DNA of 64,000 nucleotides from an uncultured delta proteobacterium (GCA_963713045.1 CAVQKE010000003.1:1-64000), one strand, 5' to 3'. Positions 13,145 through 24,536 are shown, counted from the first letter of the stretch. Notes: a model not told the origin generated them from the sequence alone. Numbers and translations: made by a program.

Positions 13145-13946
13145 ATGCGCGTCGGCACGGCCATTCTCGCGATGTTCGCCGCATTTCCCTGCTTGCGCCG
13201 CAACCGCCGGAACTTTGCTGGACCGAGCATCGCTCGACGGTACATCGCTTGCGCAGAACTACGCACAGGAAGTCCGCCCCCGCCTCACTGTCCCTGATGC
13301 CGAACAGAACGCTTGGGCACTCCTTCTTTCAACGCTCCTCGCGGACAAAGATCTCTCCCCGCAATACGTCGTCCTCGTCGACCGCAACCCCTTCATCCAG
13401 GCGGTCACGATCTACTGGATGGCGCCAGACTGCACGTTCCACTTCATCGGTGCCTCTCCGGCCTCCACCGGCAAGCCCGGCAGTTTCGATCACTTCATCA
13501 CCCCCACTGGCATCTTCGAGCACACCATCGACAACCCCGACTTCCGCGCCGAAGGCACCCGCAACGAGAACGGCATCCTCGGCTACGGCCGCAGAGGTAT
13601 GCGCGTTTACGACTTCGGCTGGCAGCAGGCCGAGCGCGGGTGGGGCTTCCGCGGCGAAGCCAGAATGCGCCTCCAGATGCACGCCACCGACCCCAAGCTC
13701 CTGGAGATCCGTCTCGGCACTATCCAGTCCAAAGGCTGCGTCCGCATCCCCGCCAACCTCAACACCTTCATCGACCGCCACGCCATCCTCGACGCCGATT
13801 ACGAACAGGCCATGGCCCATGGCCAGACCTTCTGGGTCTTATCACAAACACGTGAACCAACTCCTTGGTCCGGCCGCTATCTCGTCATCGTCGACACCGA
13901 GAGAACCTCCCGACCCCCATGGTCGCGCCTCCGCCGGAGGCGATAA
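13145..13946 (+). CDS. L,D-transpeptidase (YkuD-like) family protein
   Basis: ASTGKPGSFDHFITPTGIF and catalytic-type H...SKGCVRI motif (QMHATDP...QSKGCVRIP). The signal-like N-terminus from ATG 13145 is frameshifted relative to the 243-aa ORF. Confidence 0.8.
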
Positions 13947-14519
13947 CTGGTTTTGCGCGCCCACCATCGCTGCGATCCGCATCGTTCCCTCGTGCCCGGA
14001 AGACGTAATCGGTAGGCAGTAGTACTGGCATCGCCTCGACGAATGTTCTATCCGGGCACCTCGACCATGGGGGCAGGCTCCTTCAGTCCGTCCTCCATCG
14101 AGAGGCATATGAAGGATCGATCGCGTTTAACTGATTGCTGGCGTAGCGTGGTCGGGTGCGCAGGCTGTGCTGAGAGAATACGATGAATCTGTAAAAACGA
14201 AACAAAAATTCTAGGTCCTGGGATTGTCGGGTGGTGCATTAGAGTTGTAAGCCATTTCTATAGGGATGTATTCAAATATCCGAGCCTCCATTTTCAGGTT
14301 GGTTTCCCTGCTGCTACTATTCGATGTGAGAAAGTCCCAGTTCGTATGATTTCAGTAGTTTTGATTATCGAGATGATGAAGATGATCTCACTAGAGCCGG
14401 CATTTCATTTTGAAGTCCGCCACTGAGGTCAACACCTGTTGCATTCCACTAGGGATATTCGGAGAGAACGAAAAAAGTTTCCCTGGCGGTTGTGTAGCGA
14501 GAATGGCAAACCCGGACCA

Positions 14520-14970
14520 GCAGATGTAGCGAAGGGGATAAGCAGCCTCCGACGCCGCCGGCGAGCTTCCCGTCGTTGGGCCAATCGTGTGGTTTTTTTA
14601 CCCCCACCGCATGTGAGTCTAAACACTATTCTCATTGTTGAATTGCATTTGGTCCAATGTGGAGAACATGTTCCTTCAATGTTAGCGGATCTATAGTGGT
14701 TCGGTATCCTCTAAGTAAATCAGTATCTTTCATTCATTGCCTTTAATAGTGTCGATGTTGAAAGCTATTGAGTATTACCCCGAGGGGAACCTTGATTTGG
14801 GATTGTTGGCGATGGAAGTCTGTTTGGGATTGGGGGGCAATTCTGTCCCGCTTGTAGTTCCTTCGCTTTGGAAGACATACTGCAACGCCATTATCCAGCA
14901 TAAACTGCTCTGCTTGCATTCCCGCGCATCTCAGGATATTTTTGTTTTCAATCTGTTTCTTTTAAACATT
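14520..14970 (-). pseudogene. Error-rich paralog of the two-gene cassette at 39237-39698 (CxxC protein plus small hypothetical)
   Basis: The mirror-arm sequence aaagtatgacgcttgaggagtacgaa and ttggtccaatccaatgcaacgatgagagtctttagactggcgtgggg (~4994-5112) matches the reverse complement of ~39285-39455. Confidence 0.65.
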
Positions 14971-15417
14971 TTTTGTTATGACATACCGCTGCGTTTATAG
15001 TCGGTACCCCGGCTACGAAAAAATCTTGTTCCCTGAGGATCGGCGCTACCCCCGGGTATTGCCGGGGCCACCGGCTCCACGTGGTTTGCAGCTTCTCTTC
15101 TCACTATTCGAGGGGTCCTCCCCTTTGGTCAGACGCCTTCGCTGTGGCGTCTCTCTGGCTCTCTGCTACGCTTGCGGCCTCCTGAGACATTCAGCCGAGC
15201 GTCTGCCCTAGTCATGTCCTTCGCTGCGGTCTGCCGCCTCGACTGCCAAACCTGGGCTAACCCGCTCATCGCCTCGCGAATCTCGGGGCCGGAACTTCAC
15301 ACTCCATATTTTTAATTGGTACACGTAACTGGGTATGCTGGCGTGAAGTGAACAGAATAGTCTGGTAAAAATAACGATTGACTCCTTAGGGGTAAAAGCG
15401 GTATCTATGGCTTCTGA

Positions 15418-15974
15418 TTATCCGTTGGGCAAGAAGTCTGGAACCAAAAACATACCGGTCTCCGCCTTCGATACCCGCTGATACGGGAGTTGCTGAACAG
15501 TTCCGCCACCAGCAGGCACGATGTACAACCAAGTCCCTTTGGATGAATCGTTCATGCTGAGAAGGACGATTCCCTTACTTCCCCAGGTTGCACCGCGAAT
15601 GCCGGGCCATCGAGGACAATTCCCAATCACCTCCGCCGCGCCGGAGCGCAAGTCATCGGTTTCATCTCGAAGCTGTTTGGCCTTCTGATTGGCTCTCGAA
15701 CGTGAAAAAACCAATCGACTGGCCATCAGGCGGCCAAAAGGGTAGACCGCGCGTACCGCTGGGAGTGCCGTCGATGCGAGTGCGTTCATTCGGGTGCACT
15801 CGCAATTCCGCTTTCAGCGGAGTACATAACGGCGGATGAGTCCGGTGGTACGCTCAGCTCTATGCGACTCGCCGGACCCAAAGTAGAAATAACCGTCGCC
15901 TTTTCCAGCAAGACATCGTGGCCTAGGCGTTTCAGGTCGTGGTTCATCGTTTTGAAGGGTGACGCGCAGAGCAT
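15418..15974 (-). pseudogene. Fragment of a TolB/PD40-like beta-propeller protein
   Basis: SVPPDSSAVMYS, PFWPPDGQ(L/S)IGFF and RGATWGSKGIVLL..LYIVPAGGG resemble propeller repeats of acidobacterial kinases; frameshifted. Confidence 0.5.
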
Positions 15975-16709
15975 GGTTCGAGCTCCAACCTATTGGGTAC
16001 CCCTGGCGGAGAGAGCTGAAAGTGAGGCGACTACCCAAGAAACCCCTTCGCACGGCCAGCGATCTGAGTCTCGCGCTCTCCTCAGGAATCAACTTGCCCA
16101 AAGATCAAGATAACCTTCAACACCACTTCCTTGTGTTGGGTCACCATTGCCGACCCGACTATGGGCGTTCGCAAGAATCAAGTTCGCTCGCCAGCGAGAA
16201 CGTCATCGTGTCACCCGACCGTATTCCGCTTCCGCTGGTCGATGAACTCGATCACACCGAGATTCGGCAGAACGGCGGCGGAGCTATCGACTGGAATGCT
16301 CCACGGAATGCTCTTCATCTCCTCCTTCGGCCGGTCATGCGGGATGATTATGCGCATCGAAGTACCGCTTGTCATTCAGAGCACGGCAGGGGCCGACGAC
16401 CCCAACGGGCGAAAACTCGACGTTTCTTATAGTTTTTCAGGCGGCGGCCAGTTTCCTGTTTTCAAACAAGCTCCTCCTGGCCTTCGCGCTGGATTGCGAA
16501 TCTTCTAACCAGCGTTCGCCGTAGCCTCCGTGCTGTAGCTTTGTGATGATCCTTTCAGAAACGCTCGCACGTGAGGCGGAAGAAGCGACCAGTAATCGCC
16601 GGTCGGCCGCTACAGCATCAAAGGCATTGGAGGTTTGACGGAGGCGTGGACGGGGGCGGGTGTGGGTCGTTTGGATCCTGTCAACGCCCAGCGATTGGAG
16701 ATTAGCGTC

Positions 16710-17339
16710 ATGCGAAAATGGCGAATTCGTCCTCCTTAGGCCGCCTTCTCGTACTACCTGCGCTAGCTCAGCGTGGCGGAGGTGGCTTCCGCCGGGGACT
16801 TGGCGGGTTCTACGACCGCAGTTTTGTCGGCCCAGGATTTCATAACGGCTTTGTTAACCGCGGAACTTGGGGATTCCACGGCGGCTTCTTTCCAGCCAAC
16901 CGCTTTGTTAGCTTTGGATTTCCTGAGGATGACTGGAATCATTACAGCGCAGGGTGGGATTACTCCTTCCTACGGCTATCCTAACTACCAGCCAGATTAT
17001 TCGTGCCCATACGGTGACTGTGGGTGTTCTGTCACATGTCCGCCTGTACAACAGACACCTCCAAAGGTCATTGAGTACAGTGGACCCGCTCATGCTTGCC
17101 CACAAGCGGATGGAAAACCGTTTTACCAGATCGCGGTCCCAGCAGACAATCGAGAGCGTAAGATCTCGCCTACATACCAGAACAACATTTGGGCGGTGCG
17201 GGATTACTGGATAGTGATGGAACTCGAGCTTTACGACCATAGCGGAGAGCAGGAAAAAAACGCCAATTAATTCCATTGATCGCGCCCTCACCCTCCAGTT
17301 GAATCGTGAGTGTGGTGCGAATTTTGAATTGCTCGATAG
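16710..17339 (+). CDS. Secreted Gly/Tyr-rich hypothetical protein (frameshifted)
   Basis: GGAG RBS before ATG; ALAQRGGGG..., Tyr/Pro-rich middle, C-terminal IWAVRDYW...INSIDRALTLQLNRE domain. Confidence 0.6.
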
Positions 17340-17349
17340 AGAAGTACCG

Positions 17350-17480
17350 AGGTACAACGAAAGGCTCCGGAGGAAGAGCACACGGTCACGGTCGCGAAGG
17401 TGCTCTCGCGGCTCGACGGCGTCGCAGCGAGTCCGAGCGAAGCTGAAGAAGAAGCACCTTCGGAGCGGTTGAGGAGGTGA
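17350..17480 (+). pseudogene. 3' fragment of a paralog of the hypothetical at 38780-39080
   Basis: KAPEEEHTVTVAKVLSRLDGV vs KAPEEEHTVTIAKLLSWLDGV. Confidence 0.7.
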
Positions 17481-18062
17481 AAGTCCTCAATGGAGGAGCC
17501 ACGTAGAGTTTCGGGGGAGGTTGACTGACGCCTCCTCTGTTTTCTCAGTTTCCTCCGCGCAGCTCCTGTCTTATGGGATGCCATGAACGGCACCGGCGGT
17601 TCCGACCAGGAATTCACCGCTAGCGGAAGCCGCTCGATTTCCTGTGGCGGGTACCCAGACGAGTACAGCCACACCGAGCGAAAGGGCGCCCCGTAGCCTT
17701 GTTGCAGGGGTTCAAGGCAATTTCCCCGGAGCGCCTTGGAGGGAACCGAATGCACCCTTTTGATGCGCTATACCGCTTGTCTGATGAAGAAAACAAACTG
17801 AATGGAATCCGTAGCTTACTGGAGGACGCCGGGCCGCCCCACGCTAGCGGTTATAGTGCGCGCCGTGGATTTCCTGAGCGCTGTGCAAGTCGCGGGCCTC
17901 TCTGCGGGCAGGTTCGTTCTCGTTGCGCGGTTGGAGCGCCCAGAGGATAATCTTCAGGGTTCCAATCTGAAAAAGCAGGGCCAGTCCGACACAGGCGGGC
18001 ATCACCGCTATGGCTGCGAGAACTTCCATTACGCGCTTATCGTCCGGTTGCGGGAAGAATAA

Positions 18063-18281
18063 TTACAACTCGCGATCGGTTCGAGCCGCATTGGCGATGA
18101 ACGAAGCGTCGAGTAGATCCTGAAAGTCTGCGCTGTAGCTCTTACCGTCCCACTGCACGTGAGCCAAAGAGTGATGGCGCTAGCTTCCCATTCCACCGTT
18201 GCACATGCTGGCAGCATGCTCATTACTGCCGGAATGTCCTTTTCGACGGCCACCAGTGGTTTTCAACAGCCTTGTCGTCAC
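18063..18281 (-). CDS. Small (~72 aa) beta-rich hypothetical protein, paralog of 48330-48573 (frameshifted)
   Basis: MTTRLLKPLVAVEKDIPAVMSMLPACATVEWE...VQWDGKSYSADFQDLLDAS. Confidence 0.6.
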
Positions 18282-18419
18282 TAGGGCCCAAGCATACCTC
18301 CCACGGTGCGATCACGCTCAAGCGGCCTGAGTGCGGGCCTGCCAGTGTTGCTTTTCAGATAACCCACGCAGAAGGAGCGCACGTGCTGACGTACGTGGTT
18401 GAAGAGCGTCAAGCACGTC

Positions 18420-19130
18420 ACTCTAGATTTGCAAAGAGGTCTCTCCGTTCCATTGCAGGTCCGCCACATCAAGCACAACCTCGCCAGGTTCACAATCCAC
18501 GGTTGCACCTGCTGGAATCGTGAGAGCAATGCCCGAACATTCCTCGACGGCAAGAATGGGTAGTAATAGCCCGAAAAGCGGATTTCAAACGTCGGTTCAC
18601 TCAAGCTGTTCTTCGAAGGATTTGAAGAAAGCTTGTTCTTCGGCGGAAAGCGGTGGTGGAATAACTCGGACGTCTGCCGCGTGCTCCTGAAGATCGATAA
18701 TGTCTTGGATTGTTTCCTCGGGTATAAGGCCCAAGGTGCGACATTCTTCCCAGTTCATCCTTCGTCGCTTGGCCACCCAGCGGTGCATGTTGAGTTCATC
18801 CAGAAGCCATCGAATGGCAGAGCGCTTCGACCGTGCTCTAAAGAAGGTGTCTATGAAGTTCCCGAGCGATTTCAAGATATGCAAACCATCGAAGGCCGTA
18901 TGGAATCCGCCTCTGCCTCGCGGCGTAAAGAACTTGCCGTCGTAATCATATAGTCTTCCGACTAATGGGTTTTGCAGGATCCTACCGATGTCTTCATCGA
19001 TGTCGAGCGCCAGACCGCAAACCTGCACGGTGAGTTCTCGCCCTTCATCGCTAGGGAGAAACTCAGCAAGTTTGCTCTGAATGCCTTCCACTTCGGCTTG
19101 GTGGAAGGCTAACGCCGTGTAACGCCGCAT
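18420..19130 (-). CDS. Hypothetical protein (~230 aa, frameshifted near 18600)
   Basis: 177-aa ORF 18597-19130 continues as SEPTFEIRFSGYYYPF...; no recognised motif and the 3' end is uncertain. Confidence 0.5.
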
Positions 19131-19523
19131 TCGCTAACTCCAGTTGGGGATTTTCGTTTTCGTCGGGTACCGTCTCAGAACAGGCCACGAGCAACGTGCT
19201 GCCCAAAAGATATGTAGCATCGTAAGGGCCAAACGGATGCGAGACGACAACGCGCGCTAGAAGGGATTTCGGCGCGCAAACCTCAACCCGGCTGGGGTTT
19301 AAGCAGAAGCACCCGGAACGCTCTGCTTAGATTCGTCGTAAGGATTGGCCTCGCAAATTGCATCTGAGACAGAATCATAGGCATCAAAAGTTGGCATTGG
19401 CGTGTGGTGTTTGAGATGCCATGGGTCCGCCGTGCGTGTAAATCCAGAAGTTGCTGGACTAGTCTGGAAATGAGGATCATCCCTCGGCAGAACTTCGGCG
19501 GGCACAGTTGTCTCGAGGAATCA

Positions 19524-19751
19524 ATGAGAGTTCAATCATACCGCTGCGACTACTGTTCGAACCTGAAGGGTGAAAGCAATCGTTGGTGGCTTGGCCGACT
19601 CGATCGCGAACATTTCATGCTCGCGCGTTGGGACGCCACCCTGGCGGATCGGGATGGTTATGAGCACATCTGTTCGGAATCCTGCGCTACCAAAGCTGTT
19701 TCAAAATGGATGACTCAACCGAACCTTCATGTTATGCGTCACTCCGTCTAG
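19524..19751 (+). CDS. Small putative zinc-binding protein (75 aa)
   Basis: GAGG RBS; MRVQSYRCDYC...NRWW...HICSESCATKAVSKWM (CxxC and CxxxC). Confidence 0.7.
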   Translation: MRVQSYRCDYCSNLKGESNRWWLGRLDREHFMLARWDATLADRDGYEHICSESCATKAVSKWMTQPNLHVMRHSV

Positions 19752-20913
19752 TTCGAAGTGCATAGCGGCCCCGTCCTCGAAACAAATACTCCACCTGATC
19801 GGACATGGCGAAGCCGAGTTCATTCGCCACACTACCCCGTCTGTTTCGACGTCACAACGCAGAATGACAGATGCCATGCACCCGCAGAGCTCGTGAAAGT
19901 GGTGGCCGAATCGGTATGCGGACAGAGCTTCCGGGCAGGTCAGGGCAGTGTTGCCGTTGCTGCCATCACCGATAGGGAGTCAAATCGTTTCAAAGGCAAC
20001 GCCTGCATCTGTCGGGAATCGCGTTAGCACAAATCTGTAGAGCGGAGGTCTTGCGGTGGCGACTGGTTTGGGTCGCGCAGTTTTGCGCGGTTCAAATCAC
20101 AGGAGGACCGAGCAGCGCGATGAGAGCCATACCGAACATCAGCCGCATTGAGGATGATTATTGTAGGAAAAGAAACGTCAATGGAGCGCGGATGATAAAA
20201 TAGGCACCAAGGAGTACCGTGTAATTCTCGACCGATCAGCGCATGCAACCCGGAAGGATCGAAGGTTTCCGTGTTTTTTAGGCACGACGGGAAACCGGTG
20301 TCCATCGGAGGCAAAGTAAATAGCAATACCGACTCAAAACGATGAGGAATTGCTTAAGCAGGCTTGGCAAGCAGCGGAACATCACGCAAGCAATTCCCGA
20401 AGTTCCCACACTTGATCGGAGATCCTCGCTCCCATCGCAGGCGTGATGCGGTGCGGGAATCCTCGCAGCAACCACGGCGGTTTCGCTGCACCTTGGGGAA
20501 TCCGGTCGGTATCCGCACGCCAGAACTATCGCAGGAAAACTCCTACTTGCCTGATAGAGTCTTATCCACGAATGCCAACCACTCCATCACCGCGTGTGAA
20601 TATAACGTAACTACACGAGCATACTCCTGGCCCTGCTGTCGGACAGCGATGATGCTCTCATGAGTGAGCGGAGTTGCGGATCAATCCACACAACGGGTGA
20701 GAGTGTTGTCGTAGTTATGTTGAGCTTTCCGCACTGCTGGTACGCGTCAGACATCCCCTGACGAAGTGTTTTAGCTTCGGTTGAATATCTAAGCCGGAAC
20801 TGCCCTGCGGTGACATCGTTTCGATGATGCTACTCGACTAGGTAGACGATTCTGCTCGACGTAGTATTACAGGATGCGTTCGTTAGCCGGAGAATACCGA
20901 AGAATCTCTGACA

Positions 20914-21081
20914 CTAAAAAGTGAACCTCCGAACCACCGCTCCACCAAGCGTGTCCAACTCTACAATCTCAGCTTCAGGATCGTTTCGTTCCACCAATGC
21001 TCGGCTCGCTTCATGCAGGGATAAGTAGAAGTGTTGATCCACGGTCTTGTCGTTGCTGCGGATCTGGAAGAACCGTCGCAT
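20914..21081 (-). CDS. Small hypothetical protein (55 aa; below the ORF-track cutoff)
   Basis: Strong RBS (taaggaggg) before ATG; MRRFFQIRSNDKTVDQHFYLSLHEASRALVERNDPEAEIVELDTLGGAVVRRFTF. Confidence 0.45.
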   Translation of the reverse strand: MRRFFQIRSNDKTVDQHFYLSLHEASRALVERNDPEAEIVELDTLGGAVVRRFTF

Positions 21082-21912
21082 GACTGTACTGCCCTCCTTA
21101 CAGTTCTGATCGGGGATTTGCGACCGGCGCTGTAGTCTTAGCGAAGGTTACGGAATGTTAGATGGGCGGCGGGCTACACCTTGCCGGGCATTGGCCGATA
21201 GAAGGGAGTGCGGGTAATATACGACGGAGTTCTAGCGCAACTCGGCGTCTCAATGGTTGCTACGTGGGGCATAGCTCACGCGGTTTAGGCGTCATCACCC
21301 ACCGATAGCACGAGCGATGCAACACGAAACAAAAGTCCACACGATTGGCCTAGATCGTGCTGCTTCTGGTACGGAAGTCCATGCAAGCCTGCAAGGTACG
21401 CGCCGTCGTTCACACACAAGCACGGATGTTCTGAACGACCGAGTGGTATCCCGAGGGAAGCCCGGACGCTACCGCTGCGATGGAAGCGTTAGTCGAAGAA
21501 GCAAACGGGGCTCTTCTTCGTGGCGTGGGAATATTGGGACGGGGATGATGATGCGGGAACATCTTCGAGCCGAAGCGAGGACTAGCTAGTCGATGAGTGC
21601 GTCGGCCTAAGATTTCTTCCCAGCGTCCTTCTTCCGTTTCGCGGCCCAATATGCTCGCATCCTCGCGGACGCAGCGCGTCTAGCACCGGGGACATCCCTC
21701 GGCGTTTTGAGGAGTGGCGGGTGTGGCTATACCGGCACCGATGGCCGAAGCGTTCTTCGGCGGACGCCCTCGTCGTGACGTCGGACCTTGTAGAGCTTCG
21801 ATGGCGCGGGTGAGTTTGTCCCTCTGTTAATCGACAGCGCAGCATCTGGTCGATGGGCATAAGGACACAGGATAGCACGGGAATTGGAGCTATACAGCCC
21901 AAATAGATTTCT

Positions 21913-22125
21913 ATGGATTCCATAGCTGATGCACAAAACCCCCTACTTCCACTCGATGAGCGTACACTCGCACTCAAGGAACGGGAGCTTAAGGCGTGGG
22001 GACGGGAACTTACCGCGAAGGATGCCGAGTCGAAGAAATCAAGATAGTGGTCCAATCCGATGGCGATAGCTATTGTCGTGGCGACTATGGGTTTCGTAGC
22101 TGCGTTCCTGGCCTACTTGAACAAT
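21913..22125 (+). pseudogene. 5' part of a coiled-coil/TM hypothetical gene interrupted by the IS21 element
   Basis: MDSIADAQ...LKERELKA...KKSR*WSNPMAIAIVVATMGFVAAFLAYLNN; ends exactly at the AAT duplication. Confidence 0.6.
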
Positions 22126-22228
22126 CCTCGGCGGACACCCAAAACCGGCCATCGGTGGACACCTGAAAAGCGGCCAACGGGATAGCTGATCCAGGACATT
22201 GACTGAGACGGAGGATTATCCTCCGGCG

Positions 22229-23795
22229 GTGAATGTCTTGAGCGAAGAAAAGAAACAGCAAGTCCTTGCGCTCGGCCGGCTTGGCTGGTCCCTGAGGCGG
22301 ATTGAACGAGCCGTACACATTCGGCGGGAAACTGTCGCGACCTATTTAAAAGCGGCCGGCATTCCCGTCCGACCTCCAGGAGGGTGGGGACGCGCGCCAT
22401 CCAAAACCGGCCATCGAGGTGTCCACCGACCCTGGACACGAAAATAGCCCTGCGGACGAGACCCCGACGCCGGCCTCAACTCCGTCGGAGAGCGCCTGCG
22501 AACCGTTACCGGGAGTTCATCGAAGCTGAGCTGGCCAAAGGCCGCAACGCCATGGCCATTTGGCAGGACCTGGTGGACGGCCACGGCTTCGGCGAAAAAT
22601 ACGCCAGCGTGAAACGCTTCGTGCGGAAGCTGCGCGGATCTTCCACGCCGGAAGCGCGCGTGGTGATTGAGACCGCGCCTGGCGAAGAAGCGCAGGTCGA
22701 TTATGGCACCGGCCCGATGGTGCGCGATGCGCAAACGGGCAAGTATCGGCGCACGCGGTTGTTCGTCCTGACGCTCGGGATACAGCCGGAAAGCCGTTCG
22801 CCTTCTGGTGTTCCGTTCCAGTTCGCGTGTTTGGGCCGAGCTGCATGAGAAAGCGTTTCGCCGGCTGGGTGGAGTCACTCGCGTGGTGGTGCTCGATAAT
22901 CTGCGCGAGGGCGTGCTCACGCCCGACATTTACGAGCCCACGCTCAATCCGCTGTACCGTGACGTGCTGCAGCACTACGGCGTCACCGCGCTTCCATGCC
23001 GAGTGCAGGACCCGGATCGCAAAGGCAAAGTCGAATCCGGCGTCGGCCATGCGCAGAAAACGCCACTCAAAGGGCAGCGCTTCGAGAGCCTGGAAGACGC
23101 GCAAGCTTATCTGGATCGCTGGGAAGCGCGCTGGGCCGACACGCGCATTCATGGGACCACCAAGCGGCAAGTTGCAGCGATGTTCGCTGAAGAGCGTCCG
23201 GCACTGCTTCCGCTGCCGATCGAACCTTTCCGCTATTACCAATACGGCGAGCGAGCCGTGCACCTGGATGGTTGCGTCGAAGTCGAAGCCGCTTACTATG
23301 GCGCGCCGCCAGGCTGGATCGGCCGCGCGTGTTCAGGTCCAGTGGAATGCCGCGCATGTCCGTCTGCTGAACCCCATCACCGGTCAACTGCTGCGCGAGC
23401 ACTTACGCCAAGAGCGCGGCCGTCATCGAATCCACGATGAAGATCGTCCGCGGCGGACGCCGCTATCGACGCAACAGTTGCTGCACCGCGCCGAGAAAGT
23501 CGGAAGGCACATTGGCGAGCTGTGCCAAGCGATGCATCGAAAACACGGCGAAGTCGCAGTGCGCCGCATCCTAGGCGTGCTGGCGCTGGCGAAAAAGTAT
23601 GGCGTCGCTTCGACCGACGACACTTGCGCCCTGGCCTTAGAAACCGGCACCTGCGAATACCACTTCGTTCGCCGTTACCTGGAGCGCAATCCACAACTGC
23701 CGCTGAGCTTGCGACAGGTCGATCCACTGATCCGCCAGCTCACCTTGTACCGCGATCTCATCGAAAGCAAAACCCGTCAGGAGGACCAATCATGA
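22229..23795 (+). CDS. istA: IS21 transposase IstA (frameshifted by indels)
   Basis: N-terminal HTH (GWSLRRIERAVHIRRETVATYL), ETAPGEEAQVDYG, VVVLDNLREGV, DPDRKGKVESGV, RIHGTT. Confidence 0.92.
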
Positions 23796-24536
23796 ACGTA
23801 ATCGAACTCGAACGTGCACTCCGGCAACTCCGGTTGGGAGGCATGGCCTCAGTGCTCGAAACCCGTCTGCGCCAGGCTCAGGCCGAACCCATGGCTCCCA
23901 TCGACCTGATCTCTTGCCTGGTATCGGACGAACTTACGCGCCGCTCCGACCGGCTGCTGGAACGCCGTCGCAAACAGGCCGGATTCCGCGATCCCGACCG
24001 GACGCTCGATAACTTCGACTTCACCTTCAATCCCAAGATGAATCGCAGTCTGGTCTTCGATCTGGCCACCGGCGCCTTCATCAACAAGCGCGAGGACGCG
24101 TTGTTTCTCGGCCCCGGCGGAACGGGGAAGAGCCACTTGGCGCAAGCCATCGGACAGGCTGCCATTCAACAAGGCTGCAAGGTGTTGTATCGCGAAACTC
24201 ACATCCTGCTCGATGAACTGGCCGAGGCCGTTGCAGACGGCACTCGCAAGGAGTACATGGAATCGGTGGCGACGGTTCCGCTACTCATCATCGACGACTT
24301 CGGCATGCGCAAACTCCCGCACACCGCCGCCGAGGATCTGCTGGAAATCATCATGCGCCGCTACGAGCGTTTCAGCACGCTGCTCACTTCCAACCGTCCG
24401 GTCGAGGACTGGGGCAAGCTGCTCGGCGATGTCGCCGCCGTCAGCGCGATGCTCGACCGGCTGCTGCATCACGGGCACGTGCTCAAGTGCGGCCCGCGAA
24501 GCTGGCGCACCAAAGCGGCGGCGGTGTGGCCAATGA
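23792..24536 (+). CDS. istB: IS21 helper AAA+ ATPase IstB
   Basis: Walker A GPGGTGKSHLA, Walker B LLIIDDFG, LLTSNRPVEDW, AMLDRLLHH. The ATGA start overlaps the istA stop. The natural end is probably ~24536, although the read-through ORF extends to 24760. Confidence 0.93.

Larger units (their letters stand above)
9786..20005. repeat. Right (cleaner) arm of the ~10-kb inverted duplication
   Basis: Colinear reverse complement of 1-9782, with longer intact ORFs; continues into unique sequence after ~20005. Confidence 0.95.

Noticed and set aside
12811..14022. 403-aa overlapping ORF
   Set aside because: Low-complexity shadow frame over two real high-GC genes.
15050..15270. Possible helix-turn-helix ORF on the minus strand
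   Set aside because: The two arm copies disagree too much to establish a reading frame.
22229..23795. Programmed frameshifting in istA, and pseudogene status for ackA, msrB, the antiporter, the PBP and the GH63 genes
   Set aside because: Single-base indels occur throughout the window in unrelated genes, which fits read error; this cannot be resolved without polishing.
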